Source: Longimicrobiales bacterium
GTDB lineage: Bacteria > Gemmatimonadota > Gemmatimonadetes > Longimicrobiales > Gaopeijiaceae
Assembly: GCA_965202985.1 (NCBI GenBank)
Contig: CBDBCF010000001.1
Location: forward strand, 1,632,001-1,696,000
Direction of reading: 5' to 3'
DNA length: 64,000 nucleotides
Shown: positions 8,604 to 19,165 of the stretch, one piece after another
Numbering within the stretch: the first letter of the stretch is position 1
Layout: each line of letters starts with the position of its first letter
The notes under the pieces: model-generated
The model's database searches: none
Told to the model about the DNA's origin: nothing
Seen by the model: only the letters and a program-made list of their open reading frames with translations
Program-made: the position numbers and the translations under genes

Positions 8604-10268
8604 CTAGTGGCCGGCGGCGTGTCCGTCCTTGCGCGGCTCGGAGGCGGCCGCCCAGCCACGGGCCAGCTTGGCGACCAGCTGCGCGCCGCCGAAGCTCGTC
8701 CGAGTCCAGTCGGCGATCTCGTGGCCCAGGGCCTCCAACGCCGCCGCCGCTTCGGGACCGATCCTCTCGATGGCCACGCGTCGGCCCGACAGGTGGCGGA
8801 ACCGCGGCGCGTCGACCGCTTCCTGCGGGTCCATGCCGAAGACCAGCATGTTGAGCAGGAGCTGGACATGGCCTTGGGGCTGCATCGACCCGCCCATGAC
8901 TCCGAACGCCATGTACGGCTCGCCGTCGCGGGTCGCGAACGCTGGGATGATCGTGTGGAAGGGGCGCTTCCGGGGCGCGGCCTGGTTGGGGTGCCCGTCT
9001 TCGAGAACGAACCCGGCGCCTCGGTTCTGGAGGGCGAATCCGGTGCCCGGCACCACGATCCCCGAGCCGAACGACGAGTACACCGAGTTGATGAACGACA
9101 CCATGTTGCCGTCCTGGTCGGCCACCGCCAGGTAGATCGTCTCCGAGTCCGTGACGGCTCGGCCCGGCTCCGGGCGGTCCGCCGCCGCCCCCGGATCGAT
9201 GAGCTTGCGCCGGGCGTCCACGAACGCGGGCGCCAGCAGCGCCTCGGGATCGATCTCCATCGTCTCGGGGTCGGACACGTACCGGTGCAGGTCGGCGAAC
9301 GCCAGCTTCTTGGCTTCGATCAGGTGGTGCAGGTACTCGGGCGAGTTGTGGCCCATCGCCGCCAAGTCGAACGGCTCCAGCAGCTCCAGCATTTCCAAGG
9401 CCGCGATCCCCTGCCCGGCGGGCGGCAGCTCCCACACCGTCCAGCCGCGGAACTCCGTGCCCAGCGGCTCCACCCACCGCGGTTGGTGCGCGGCCAAGTC
9501 GTCCAGCGTCAAGAACCCGCCCAGGGCGTCCAGCCCTTCCACCAGCTCCCGCCCCAGCGCGCCGCCGTACAAAACGCCGGGCCCCTCTTGGGCGATCCGC
9601 CGCAAGGAGCGGGCCAAGTCCGGGTTGGCGAACCACTCGCCGGCCCCGGGCGCCCGCGCGCCGTCCACCAAGTACGTGGTGCGCGCGCCCTCGTCGCGGG
9701 CCAACCGATCGGCCGCCGCGGCCCACTGCTCCGCGATCACGGGCGTCACCGGGAAGCCCGTCTCGGCGATGCGGATCGCGGGCGCGAGCACGTCGGCCAG
9801 GTCCAAGCGTCCGTAACGCTCCACCAAGGCGTGCCAGCCCGAAACGGCGCCGGGCACGGTCACCGTCTCCGCGCCGCCGCCGGGCATCCGTTCGTGGCCC
9901 CGTTCGCGCAACGCCCGGGCGGACAGGCCGCTCCCGCTCCGGCCGCTGGCGTCCAGGCCGACCAGCTCGCCGGTATCGGCCCACCACAGCAGGGCGAAGG
10001 CGTCTCCCCCCGCGCCGGTCATGTGCGGCTCCACCACGTTCAGGACGGCCGCCGCCGCGACCGCGGCATCGACCGCGTTCCCGCCTCGGCTCATGATTTC
10101 CAGGGCCGCCGACGTGGCCAGGGGCTGGCTGGTAGCCGCCGCGGCCCGCGGCGCATAGACGGTGGAGCGGGCCGCCATGTCGGACCGACCACTAGATTGA
10201 ACGCCGTCGGCAGTCACGGGGAACGCCGCGGCCGCGAGCAGACAGACGACAAGTCGACGAGAGAACAT
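8604..10268 (-). CDS. ggt: Gamma-glutamyltransferase, secreted
   Basis: Signal peptide; GGNAVDAAVA, VVEPHMTGAGGD, catalytic ETIYLAVAD, LQNRGAGF, RPFHTIIP, GVMGGSMQPQGH. Confidence 0.92.
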   Translation of the reverse strand: MFSRRLVVCLLAAAAFPVTADGVQSSGRSDMAARSTVYAPRAAAATSQPLATSAALEIMSRGGNAVDAAVAAAAVLNVVEPHMTGAGGDAFALLWWADTGELVGLDASGRSGSGLSARALRERGHERMPGGGAETVTVPGAVSGWHALVERYGRLDLADVLAPAIRIAETGFPVTPVIAEQWAAAADRLARDEGARTTYLVDGARAPGAGEWFANPDLARSLRRIAQEGPGVLYGGALGRELVEGLDALGGFLTLDDLAAHQPRWVEPLGTEFRGWTVWELPPAGQGIAALEMLELLEPFDLAAMGHNSPEYLHHLIEAKKLAFADLHRYVSDPETMEIDPEALLAPAFVDARRKLIDPGAAADRPEPGRAVTDSETIYLAVADQDGNMVSFINSVYSSFGSGIVVPGTGFALQNRGAGFVLEDGHPNQAAPRKRPFHTIIPAFATRDGEPYMAFGVMGGSMQPQGHVQLLLNMLVFGMDPQEAVDAPRFRHLSGRRVAIERIGPEAAAALEALGHEIADWTRTSFGGAQLVAKLARGWAAASEPRKDGHAAGH

Positions 10269-10368
10269 TGCAGCCCTTCGGGACGCTGGGAGTAACGCGG
10301 GTGTCGCATACGTCGTAAGATTATAAGTCCAAATGGCTGGACCGAAGCCGAACAAAGCGAAGCGCAAC

Positions 10369-13089
10369 ATGGAAGAACGGTTCTCCCTGCCGGTGCTCCC
10401 CTTGCGGGACACGGTGGTCTATCCGGGCGTGGCCGTGCCTATCTCGGCCGGGCGCACGGGAACGATAGAGGCGGCCCAGCAAGCGCTGGAAGGCGACCGG
10501 CGGCTCTTTGCGGTCGCGCAGCAGGACAACTTGGAGGACCCCGACCCCCAGATCCTCTTCTCCGTCGGCACGGTGGTGCGGGTCATTCAGACCCACCGCG
10601 TGAGGGGCGGCGTCCAGCTTCTGGTGCAGGGCGAAGGGCGCGCCCGGGCGCGGGCCTACATCAACGAGGGCGAGGCCATGCTGCGGGCTACCCTCGTGTC
10701 GTTGGAGCGCAAGGGGCCGGGTAACGCTCAAGACCCGGAGTTCCTTGCCCTGGACACCGAGCTCCGCGAGCGGGCGGCCGAGCTCAGTGCCCGGCGCGGC
10801 GTGTCGTCGGAGGCCGTCAACCAGCTCATCGAGGGCGTGGACGACCCCGGCGCCTTCGCGGACCTGGTGGTCTTCTACCTGGACTTGGACACGTCCAAGA
10901 AGCAGAAGCTGCTGGAGACCTTGGAAGACGAAGCCCGGATGAAGGCCGTGCTGGTGGCCGTCAAGCGGGCCTTGGTCGGCTTGGACGCGCAAGAGCACAT
11001 CCAGGCCAAGGTCCAGGAGGAGCTCGGGGAACGCCAGCGCGAGATGCTGCTTCGCGAGCAGATGAAGCAGATCAGAAAGGAGCTGGGCGAAGAAGGCGAA
11101 AAGGACGAGGCCGAAGAGCTTCGCGAGCGCATCGACGCCTTGGCGCTATGCGACACGGCTCGCAAGGAGGTGGAGCGGGAGCTGCGTCGCTTGGACCGGA
11201 CCGCGCCCCAGTCGGCCGAGTACCAGGTCATTCGCACGTACTTGGAGTGGGTCACGGAGCTGCCGTGGAACGCGCGAACGGAAGACAAGCTGGACCTGCA
11301 ACGGTCGGAGGAGATACTCGAAGAGGACCACTACGGCCTCTACGACGTGAAGGACCGCGTCCTGGAATTTCTGGCCGTGCGCAAGCTGCAACAAGAGCGG
11401 TTCGACGCGAACGGCGAAGGCCCCGAAGGCGCGAGCGACGAATCCGACGAGGCGAAGGCACGCTGCCAAGGCGAAGGGGATGAGACGGCCGAGGAGGGCG
11501 ACCGTTCGGGCGAAGCCGATGCCGACGCCGACGAACCTGCGACGGAAGCCGAGGGTGCGGCCGGGGACGGCAAGGCCGGTGGCGCCGCCGCCGCGGACCC
11601 GGTCGCCGGCTCTGAAGGCGTCGCGCCCCGCGATGCCGACAACACCGGGGACGCCGAGGAGGCCAGTGCCGCTGACGCGGACGCCACTGACGAAGCCGCC
11701 GCCGAAACGCCGGGCGGCAAGGGGCCGATCTTGCTCTTTGCCGGACCGCCGGGGGTGGGCAAGACCAGCATCGCGCGTTCGATCGCGCGCTCCATTGGCC
11801 GCAAGTACGTTCGCATCTCGTTGGGCGGCGCAAGGGACGAAGCGGACATCCGGGGCCACAGGCGCACCTACGTGGGTTCGATGCCGGGGCGGATCATCCA
11901 GGGCATGAAGGAGGCGGGCAACAAGAACCCGGTCTTCCTTCTGGACGAGGTGGACAAGCTGGGCGTGTCGTTTCAGGGCGACCCGAGTTCGGCCCTGCTG
12001 GAGGTCCTGGACCCCGCCCAGAACGCCACGTTCATCGATCACTACCTGGGCGTTCCGTTCGACCTGTCCGAGGTCCTCTTCATCGCGACTGCCAACTACG
12101 CCGACAAGATCCCGGCGCCCTTGCGGGACCGCATGGAGGTGGTGGAGTTCCGGGGCTACACCGAAGACGAAAAGGTGGAGATTGCCCGCCGGTACTTGCT
12201 TCCGCGGCAGATGCGCGATTCCGGACTGCGCGAAGGGGAGCTGGACATCGGCGCCGACGCGCTGCTGATGGTGATCCAGAAATACACGCGGGAGGCCGGC
12301 GTGCGGCAGCTGGAGCGCGAGTTGGGGAAGCTGGCCCGAAAGGTGGCCCGCAAGATCGCCGCCGCCGAAACCGACGGCATGAAGGTGACGCCCGAAGAAG
12401 CGAAGGAGTTGCTGGGGCGGCCTCGGGTCCACCCGGAGCGCAGGGCCGCCGAAGACGCCGTGGGCGTGGCCACTGGGATGTTCTACACGCCCATGGGAGG
12501 CGACATCATGTTCGTCGAAGCCACGGTCATGCCGAGCGGCGAGGGCGGGCTCGTGCTGACGGGACAGCTGGGCGACGTCATGAAGGAATCGGCCCGTGCG
12601 GCCCTGTCCTACGCCAAGACGCACTACGTGTCGCTGGGGATCGACAAGAACGTCCTGGACAAGCGCGAGACCCACATCCACGTGCCCGCGGGCGCCGTGC
12701 CCAAAGACGGGCCGTCGGCGGGGATCACGATGGCCACGGCGCTGATCTCCGCCGTGTCGGGCCGGAAGGTGCGAAGCGACTTGGCGATGACGGGCGAGCT
12801 CACCCTGACGGGTCGCGTGCTGCCGATCGGCGGCGTCAAGGAAAAGGTCCTGGGCGCGGTCCGGGCGGGGATCGAGGAAGTGATCCTCCCCCACGAGAAC
12901 GAAGCCGACCTGGAAGACCTTCCCGATTCGGTGCGGGACTCGCTCACCGTGCACTTGGTGGAGGACTTGGACCGCGTGGTGGCGCTGGCGATCCGAGGCC
13001 CCCGGCCCCACGCGGGAGTCGGCGCCGGACCCGGGGCGGTGACCGCCGTACTGGAAAAGGAGACGGGGCCGACGCACGTGCAGGCCTGA
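10369..13089 (+). CDS. lon: ATP-dependent Lon protease with a long acidic insertion before Walker A
   Basis: [15 protein letters not shown]-domain, [38 protein letters not shown] (catalytic Ser), PIGGVKEK; alternative start at 10333. Confidence 0.95.
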   Translation: MEERFSLPVLPLRDTVVYPGVAVPISAGRTGTIEAAQQALEGDRRLFAVAQQDNLEDPDPQILFSVGTVVRVIQTHRVRGGVQLLVQGEGRARARAYINEGEAMLRATLVSLERKGPGNAQDPEFLALDTELRERAAELSARRGVSSEAVNQLIEGVDDPGAFADLVVFYLDLDTSKKQKLLETLEDEARMKAVLVAVKRALVGLDAQEHIQAKVQEELGERQREMLLREQMKQIRKELGEEGEKDEAEELRERIDALALCDTARKEVERELRRLDRTAPQSAEYQVIRTYLEWVTELPWNARTEDKLDLQRSEEILEEDHYGLYDVKDRVLEFLAVRKLQQERFDANGEGPEGASDESDEAKARCQGEGDETAEEGDRSGEADADADEPATEAEGAAGDGKAGGAAAADPVAGSEGVAPRDADNTGDAEEASAADADATDEAAAETPGGKGPILLFAGPPGVGKTSIARSIARSIGRKYVRISLGGARDEADIRGHRRTYVGSMPGRIIQGMKEAGNKNPVFLLDEVDKLGVSFQGDPSSALLEVLDPAQNATFIDHYLGVPFDLSEVLFIATANYADKIPAPLRDRMEVVEFRGYTEDEKVEIARRYLLPRQMRDSGLREGELDIGADALLMVIQKYTREAGVRQLERELGKLARKVARKIAAAETDGMKVTPEEAKELLGRPRVHPERRAAEDAVGVATGMFYTPMGGDIMFVEATVMPSGEGGLVLTGQLGDVMKESARAALSYAKTHYVSLGIDKNVLDKRETHIHVPAGAVPKDGPSAGITMATALISAVSGRKVRSDLAMTGELTLTGRVLPIGGVKEKVLGAVRAGIEEVILPHENEADLEDLPDSVRDSLTVHLVEDLDRVVALAIRGPRPHAGVGAGPGAVTAVLEKETGPTHVQA

Positions 13090-13105
13090 GGGGCGCGGTC
13101 CCTCG

Positions 13106-14161
13106 TTACGCGACCACCAAGCGGCCCGGACCCGCGGTTTCGCCCTCGACCATCGACCCGATCTCGGCACAGGTCACGCCCCTGGCCGTCATCTCGTCCC
13201 GAAGCGCCGGCAGCCGTGTCGCGGGGCACACCACCAGCAGCCCCCCCGACGTCTGGGCGTCCGACAGCAGCAGGCGCGTCGTCTCGGAAGTCGCGTCGTC
13301 GTACGACACGTAAGGCGCGGCGTCGGCCAAGTTGCGACGCGTGCCGCCGGGAACGTGACCCGCGTCGGCCAGGGCGGCGGCGCCTTCCAGCAGCGGCACC
13401 CGTGCGGCGCCGATCCGCGCCGACGTGCCCGAGGCGCGAGCCATGGCGAGCAGGTGCCCGGTCAGGCCGTAGCCGGTCACGTCGGTGGCGGCGTGGGCGC
13501 CGGCGGCCAGGGCGGCATCGGAGGCGGCTCGGTTCAGCTGCGCCATGGACCGGACGGCGCGCTCCAGCACGTCGGGCGGGCACGCCTCCTGCTTGACGGC
13601 GGTGGCCACGACGCCTGTCCCCAGCGGCTTGGTCAGGACCAAGTGGTCTCCCGGACGCGCCCGGTCGTTGGCCAGCATCTTGCCGGGGTCCACTTCGCCC
13701 ACGGCCGCCAAGCCGTACTTGGGCTCGGGGTCGTCGATGGAGTGGCCCCCCAGCACGGGCGCACCGGCTTCCGCCGCCTTCTCGGCGCCGCCCCGAACGA
13801 TCTCTTCAACGATCCCGGCACCGAGCAGGGCGCGGGGGAACGACAGCAGGTTCAGCACGAACAGGGGCTTGCCGCCCATGGCGTAGACGTCCGACAGGGC
13901 GTTGGCCGCGGCGATCCGACCGAAGTCGTACGGGTCGTCCACCACGGGCGCAAAGAAATCCGCGGTCGCGACCAGCGCCCGGTCCTTGCCGATCCGGTAG
14001 ACGGCCGCGTCGTCCCCGGTCCCGGCGTCCACCAACACGCGCGGATCGTCCACGGGCAAGAGGGGGCGCAAGACCTGCGCCAGCTCGGCTTGGCCGAGTT
14101 TGCACGCTCACCCGGCGCCGTGGGAAAGCGTGGTCAGGCGGATCCGGGGTCGCTGGTCCAG
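13106..14161 (-). CDS. selD: Selenide, water dikinase (selenophosphate synthetase) with in-frame UGA = selenocysteine at 14108-14110
   Basis: Reading through the TGA gives [16 protein letters not shown] (canonical G-C/U-x-C-K motif), in frame with [36 protein letters not shown] and DAQTSGGLL. There is no nearby in-frame ATG/GTG/TTG, so a CTG start at 14161 is assumed. Confidence 0.93.
14084..14098 (-). promoter_or_regulatory. Candidate SECIS hairpin of selD
   Basis: CTCGGC-CAA-GCCGAG, a perfect 6-bp stem starting 9 nt after the UGA. Confidence 0.5.
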
Positions 14162-14183
14162 GGCAGGCGTCTCCCCGCCCTCC

Positions 14184-17100
14184 TTACCGGTTGAAGCAGG
14201 GCGCGGCATCGGCCGCCGACGCCGGGTGGACGATCCGCTGCGTCAGGCCGCCGCTGCCGTCGTTCTGCCACTGGACTTGCAAGCCCGTGAGCGCCTGCTG
14301 GCTGCCCGCGGCCCGGTGTCCCAGGGGCGCCACTCGAAACGGACCCAGAACGGTCTCGGTGTCGGCGGCGAACAGGAAGTCGCGCATGGCATGGCGGTCG
14401 ATCCGCCCCGTCGAGTCCAGCGAAGACCGGATCGCCTGGGTCAGCAGCTCGACGGCCCCGAAGCCGCCGGCGGCGTGGTAGCCCGCCGGCTCGCCGTACT
14501 CGTCCCGAAAGCGCCTCACGAACGTCTCGCTCGCGGCAATCGCGCCCCGTGTCCGGATCGACGCGATCCACGGCGTGTTGCCCGCCACGCAGCGCGCCAA
14601 GTCGCCCACCGCATCGGGGAACGACGGATCGGCCGGACCGATGTTCCAGCTCATGAGCTGCGGCGCGTAGTCCACGGCCGCCGCCGCCAGCGTCAGGCCG
14701 ACGGCCTCGCGCAGATAGCCTCCGCCCACGAACAGGTCCGCCCCCGCGTCCCTGGCCCTGGTCGCGAGCCCCTGCAGCACGGCGGCGTCCGCAGCGCCCG
14801 CCGGGTAGGACTCGTCGACCACGATCTCCAGCCCGTGATCGGCGGCCGCGGCCCGCACGCCCGCCGCCACCGACGCCGGGAACCGGGAGTCCTCCCACAC
14901 CAGCGCCGCCGTCTCCGCCCCGTGCTGGGTCGCCAGCGCCACGGACCCGCGCAGGTACGTGGCGGCCGAGTTCAGCATCTGCACGCTCCACTGCCGGCGC
15001 CGCCCTTCCCACAGCTCGCTGGATGCGGCCATGGCGGCGATCACCGGCAGTCCGGCGGCCTCCGTAACCGGCAGCACGGCCTCGGTCACGGGGCTGGCGT
15101 AAGGACCCAGCAGCACGTCCACGTTCGGGTCCGCCACGAACCTTCGATAGGCGGCGGCGGCGGTCCGGCCGTCGCTGCGGTCGTCCACCATGGTCAGCTC
15201 CAGCATCCGGCCCGCGCTTCCGTCCTGGTTGGCGGAGCCTGCGCCCCCGACGCGGAAGCCGCCCTGCTCGTTGAAGAGCTTCACGGCCAGCGCGTATCCC
15301 TGGCGCATCTTGCGGCCGTCTTCGCTCAGGTACCCGGTCTCGGGGAACGTTGCCGCCACGCGAACCGGCGGCGGCGGCGCAGTGAAGCATGCTTCGCCCT
15401 CGGCGGCGTCCCGCGGGTGCACGATGCGCTGGACCAGCCCGCCCGCGCCGTCGTCCTGCCACTGCACGGTCAGGTTCTGCAACGCCCGCTGGCTGCCCGC
15501 ATCCGCTTGGCCCAGCGCCTCCACGCCGTAGTCGCCCAGCACCGTCTCGATCTCGGCGTCGAACAGGAAGTCGCGCAACGCCTCGTCGTTGATCTCGCCG
15601 CCCCGGTCCAGGGCGGCCTTCAGTCCCTCGTACAAGAGTTCGACGGCTGCGAACCCGCCCGCCGCGTGGTAGCCGGCCAGGCCCCCGTAGGCGGCCTCGT
15701 ATCGGGAAACGAACGTCTCGCTGGCGGCGATCGGCCCCTGTGTGCGGATCGTCGGCAGCCACGGCGTGTTGCTGGCCACGCAGCGCGCCAAGTCGTCGCC
15801 CACCTCGTCCGCGAACCCCGGGTCCGCCGGGCCCAAGGTCAGGCTTGCAAGACGAGGCGCGTACCGTTCGGCGGCCGCGCCCCGGAGGAACTCGGCGGCG
15901 TCGCGGTAGTAGCCTCCGCCCACGAACAGGTCCGCGCCCGCGTTCTTGGCGGCCCGCGCCAGCAGCTGGTGGCGAGCCTCGCCGGGCGGATACGACCGGT
16001 CCATCACCAAGCGCAACCGGTGGGCTTGAACCGCTTCGCGCACTCCCGCCGCCACCGAAGCCGGGAACCGCGAGTCCTCCCACACCAAGGCCACGTTGCG
16101 GGCGCCGCCCCGCGCGGCGAGCTCCACCGACCCCTTCAGGAAGTTCCGGGCCGAGGCCAGCAGCTGAACCGTCCACTCCCGGTTCCGTCCCTCCCAGAGC
16201 TCGGCGGACGCGGCCATGGCCGCGATCATGGGCCGTCCCGCGCCTTCGACGACGGGAAGCACGGCCTCGGTGATCGGGCTGCTGTAAGGCCCGAGCAGCA
16301 CGTCCACGTCCTCGTCGGCGGCGAACTCGGCGTAGATGCGGGCCGCGCTGTCGGGGCTGCTGTGGTCGTTTCGCGCAACCAGTTCCAAGCGGCGCCCGCT
16401 CAAGCCGCCCCGCTCGTTGAGCATCTCGACGGCAAGGGCGTAGCCTTCCCGCATCTTGCCGCCGTCCCGATACAGGTAGCCCGACGCCGGGAAGGTGGCG
16501 GCGATGCGGATCGGACCTCCGGGGCGGCGGAAGCAGGCCTCGGACTGGGCGGACGCGGTCGGGTGCACGATCCGCTGCACCAAGCCGCCTTCCCCGTCGT
16601 CCTGCCACTGGATCTGGAGGACCCGCGACGCCTGCTGGCTGCCCGACGAGGGGTCGCCCAGCGGCGCGACTCCATACGGGCCGGCCACCGTCTGCGTGGT
16701 CGTGGAGAAGAGGAAGTCGCGCAAGGCGCCGTCGTTGACCTGGCCGTCGGCGGCCGCCGTGGCGCTCAGTCCAGCCGCCAAGAGCTCAACCGCCCCGAAA
16801 GCGCCGGCGGACAGGTAGTGGGCCGGCTCGCCGAAGGCTTGGCGGTAGCGCTGGACGAAGGTGGCGTTGTCGGCCAGGAGACCCTGCGTGGACATCGACG
16901 GCGCCCAAGTCGCGTGGCTGGTGACGCATCGAGCCGCCTGCACGCCCGCCGCGCTCGCGAATCCGGGGTCGCCGGGGCCCACCAGCAGTCCCATGAGCTG
17001 GGGCGAGTAGTCGGCCGTCCGGGCCGCTTGGGCGAACGCCACGGCGTCTTGCAAGTACCCGCCGCCTAGGAAGACGTCCGCGTTGGCGGTCTTTGCGGCC

Positions 17101-17771
17101 GTCGCCAAGGCCGCGTGATCAGCGCTTCCCGGGACGTAGGACTGGTCCAGGACGATGCGCATGCCCGCTTGGATCGCCGCTTGGCGAACCCCGCTGGCCA
17201 CGGACCGGGGGAAACGGGAGTCTTCCCAGATCAAGGCCACCGTCTCGGCCCCGTTCGCCGCGGCCAACTCCACCGAGCCGTCCAAGTAGTGCCGCGCCGG
17301 GGCCGCCATCTGCACGCTCCACTGCCGCGCCCGTCCGTTCCACAGCGCCGCCGAGCCGGCTGCCGCGGTCACCAGCGGCTTGCCCGCGGACTCGACGACC
17401 GGCAGCACGGCCTCGGTGATCACGCTGCTGAACGGACCCAGCACCACGTCCACGCTCGGGTCCGTCACGAACTCGCGGTAGATGCGCGCGGCCGCCTCGG
17501 GGTCGCTGCCGTCGTCCCGCAACGTCAGGACCACCTCCCGGCCTCCGATGCCGCCCTGCTGGTTGAGCATCTCCACGGCCAGCGCGTACCCGTTGCGCAT
17601 CTTGCCGCCGTCGTTGCTCAGGTAGCCCGTCTCGGGGAACGTGGCCGCGATTCGGACGGGTTCGGGATCGGGCTCGGGCTGCGGCCCGACAGCCTCGGAG
17701 CAAGCTGCCAAGAACAGGGTTGCCGCCGGCATCGCCAACAGCGGGAAAGACCTGGAACGCGCGAAACGCAT
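14184..17771 (-). CDS. Lipoprotein with three tandem branched-chain-amino-acid-type (LivJ/LivK-like, PBP1) solute-binding domains
   Basis: GGAGG RBS and lipobox LAAC; three repeats of about 380 aa, each from R(I/V)AATFPxxGYL..DG.KMR.GYALAV to QWQxDGxGGLxQRIVHP...CF. Confidence 0.88.
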   Translation of the reverse strand: MRFARSRSFPLLAMPAATLFLAACSEAVGPQPEPDPEPVRIAATFPETGYLSNDGGKMRNGYALAVEMLNQQGGIGGREVVLTLRDDGSDPEAAARIYREFVTDPSVDVVLGPFSSVITEAVLPVVESAGKPLVTAAAGSAALWNGRARQWSVQMAAPARHYLDGSVELAAANGAETVALIWEDSRFPRSVASGVRQAAIQAGMRIVLDQSYVPGSADHAALATAAKTANADVFLGGGYLQDAVAFAQAARTADYSPQLMGLLVGPGDPGFASAAGVQAARCVTSHATWAPSMSTQGLLADNATFVQRYRQAFGEPAHYLSAGAFGAVELLAAGLSATAAADGQVNDGALRDFLFSTTTQTVAGPYGVAPLGDPSSGSQQASRVLQIQWQDDGEGGLVQRIVHPTASAQSEACFRRPGGPIRIAATFPASGYLYRDGGKMREGYALAVEMLNERGGLSGRRLELVARNDHSSPDSAARIYAEFAADEDVDVLLGPYSSPITEAVLPVVEGAGRPMIAAMAASAELWEGRNREWTVQLLASARNFLKGSVELAARGGARNVALVWEDSRFPASVAAGVREAVQAHRLRLVMDRSYPPGEARHQLLARAAKNAGADLFVGGGYYRDAAEFLRGAAAERYAPRLASLTLGPADPGFADEVGDDLARCVASNTPWLPTIRTQGPIAASETFVSRYEAAYGGLAGYHAAGGFAAVELLYEGLKAALDRGGEINDEALRDFLFDAEIETVLGDYGVEALGQADAGSQRALQNLTVQWQDDGAGGLVQRIVHPRDAAEGEACFTAPPPPVRVAATFPETGYLSEDGRKMRQGYALAVKLFNEQGGFRVGGAGSANQDGSAGRMLELTMVDDRSDGRTAAAAYRRFVADPNVDVLLGPYASPVTEAVLPVTEAAGLPVIAAMAASSELWEGRRRQWSVQMLNSAATYLRGSVALATQHGAETAALVWEDSRFPASVAAGVRAAAADHGLEIVVDESYPAGAADAAVLQGLATRARDAGADLFVGGGYLREAVGLTLAAAAVDYAPQLMSWNIGPADPSFPDAVGDLARCVAGNTPWIASIRTRGAIAASETFVRRFRDEYGEPAGYHAAGGFGAVELLTQAIRSSLDSTGRIDRHAMRDFLFAADTETVLGPFRVAPLGHRAAGSQQALTGLQVQWQNDGSGGLTQRIVHPASAADAAPCFNR

Positions 17772-18064
17772 GGTGCCTCCTAGGGCGAAATTAGGGAAAA
17801 GAAATCTACGGCTGATCCGGCGGTCGGGAAAGGAAGCCGGGCGCTTCGACGGCGGAGACGAAGGGCAAGCGCATCGCGTTGGTCGTCGGCATCGGGCGAT
17901 GGGATTCGCAAGGACCGTTTCGTGCTTGACGGTGTGGAGTCGAGCGTCGAAATTGCCTCGTGCTCGCCACCAACCAAACGCTGGCCAGCAACTATGACAG
18001 CCGTTCCAACCGCTCCCCCGATTCAGGCAGCCGCGTTCCGGCCCGAGCGTCAAAGACCTCTGCG

Positions 18065-19165
18065 ATGTCGGTAGCGAAAAACCGCACTCGCGGCCCTCGG
18101 CGCCTCTTGTGCTTCTCAACGGGGCCGACCAGGGGGTCGCGGGCCGGGGCAGACGAATACCGGGCGGCCACCGAGGGTTGCGGGCTGGTCCGCCGGGACG
18201 ACCGAAGCCTGTTGCGGGTGCACGGGCGGGCGCCGCGCCGGATGCTCCACGGGATGCTCACGAACGCGATCCCCGATCCGCCGGTCGAAGGGGCCGGCGC
18301 ACGCGCCCTCCTCGGCAAGGCGGCATACGGGGCCGTCCTCACGCCCAAGGGCCGCATGATCACCGATTTGACGACCTATTGGCTGGGCATCGGCGAGTCC
18401 GACGGCATCGCGCTGTCCGTCTCCGCAGCGGCCATTCAGTCGACCAAGACCCACTTTGCCCGGTTCCTGCCTCCGCGCTTCGCGCAGGTGGAGGAGCTGG
18501 GCGAAGGCGCAGGAAACGACGATCCGGTCGGACTGCTGACGGCGACAGGGCCTCTGGCGGAAGAGGTGGTTCGCGCCGCCGCCGGCATGGCCCCGGACGA
18601 GGGATACGCGCTGATCGAAGGCGGACCGGGGTGCGCAAACGGCGTCCTGGTGGCCCGGGGGATCGAGCAGGCGGGGCCGTCTTGGGACGTCTGGGCGCAT
18701 GGCGACGCGCTTCGGGACTTCCGTGGGCGGCTGGAAGAGGCCGGCGCCGTTCCCGTGGGTCCGGAGGTTTGGGAAGCGCTGCGCGTCGAAGCCGGTTTTC
18801 CCCGCTACGGGGCGGACATGGACGAGACGACGATCCCTATCGAGGCGGGGCTGGAAGACCGGGCCTTCGACCACGACAAGGGCTGCTACACCGGCCAGGA
18901 GGTAATCGTGCGTATCCTCCACCGCGGACACGTGAATTGGCATCTGCGCGCCCTGCGGTTCGGCGACACGGGGGCCGGGCCGGGCGACAAGCTCTTCGAG
19001 CCCGGGGGGACCAAGGTCCGAGGTCGGGTCACCTCCGCGACGGAGTCGCCGCGGTTCGGCCAGAGGATAGGCCTGGGCTACGTGCGCAGAGAGGTGGAAC
19101 CGCCGGCGACCTTGCGGCTGGGAGACGGCGACGGAGCGCCCGTAGGCGTGGAGGCGCTGGCGTAG
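18065..19165 (+). CDS. ygfZ: YgfZ/GcvT-like folate-binding protein
   Basis: Signature KGCYTGQEVI, plus LTPKGRMITD and EALRVEAGFP; start uncertain. Confidence 0.85.
   Translation: MSVAKNRTRGPRRLLCFSTGPTRGSRAGADEYRAATEGCGLVRRDDRSLLRVHGRAPRRMLHGMLTNAIPDPPVEGAGARALLGKAAYGAVLTPKGRMITDLTTYWLGIGESDGIALSVSAAAIQSTKTHFARFLPPRFAQVEELGEGAGNDDPVGLLTATGPLAEEVVRAAAGMAPDEGYALIEGGPGCANGVLVARGIEQAGPSWDVWAHGDALRDFRGRLEEAGAVPVGPEVWEALRVEAGFPRYGADMDETTIPIEAGLEDRAFDHDKGCYTGQEVIVRILHRGHVNWHLRALRFGDTGAGPGDKLFEPGGTKVRGRVTSATESPRFGQRIGLGYVRREVEPPATLRLGDGDGAPVGVEALA

Noticed and set aside
11389..11718. Lon insertion as an intein
   Set aside because: There is no N-terminal Cys/Ser splice motif, no His-Asn end and no endonuclease motifs; the sequence is simply low complexity.
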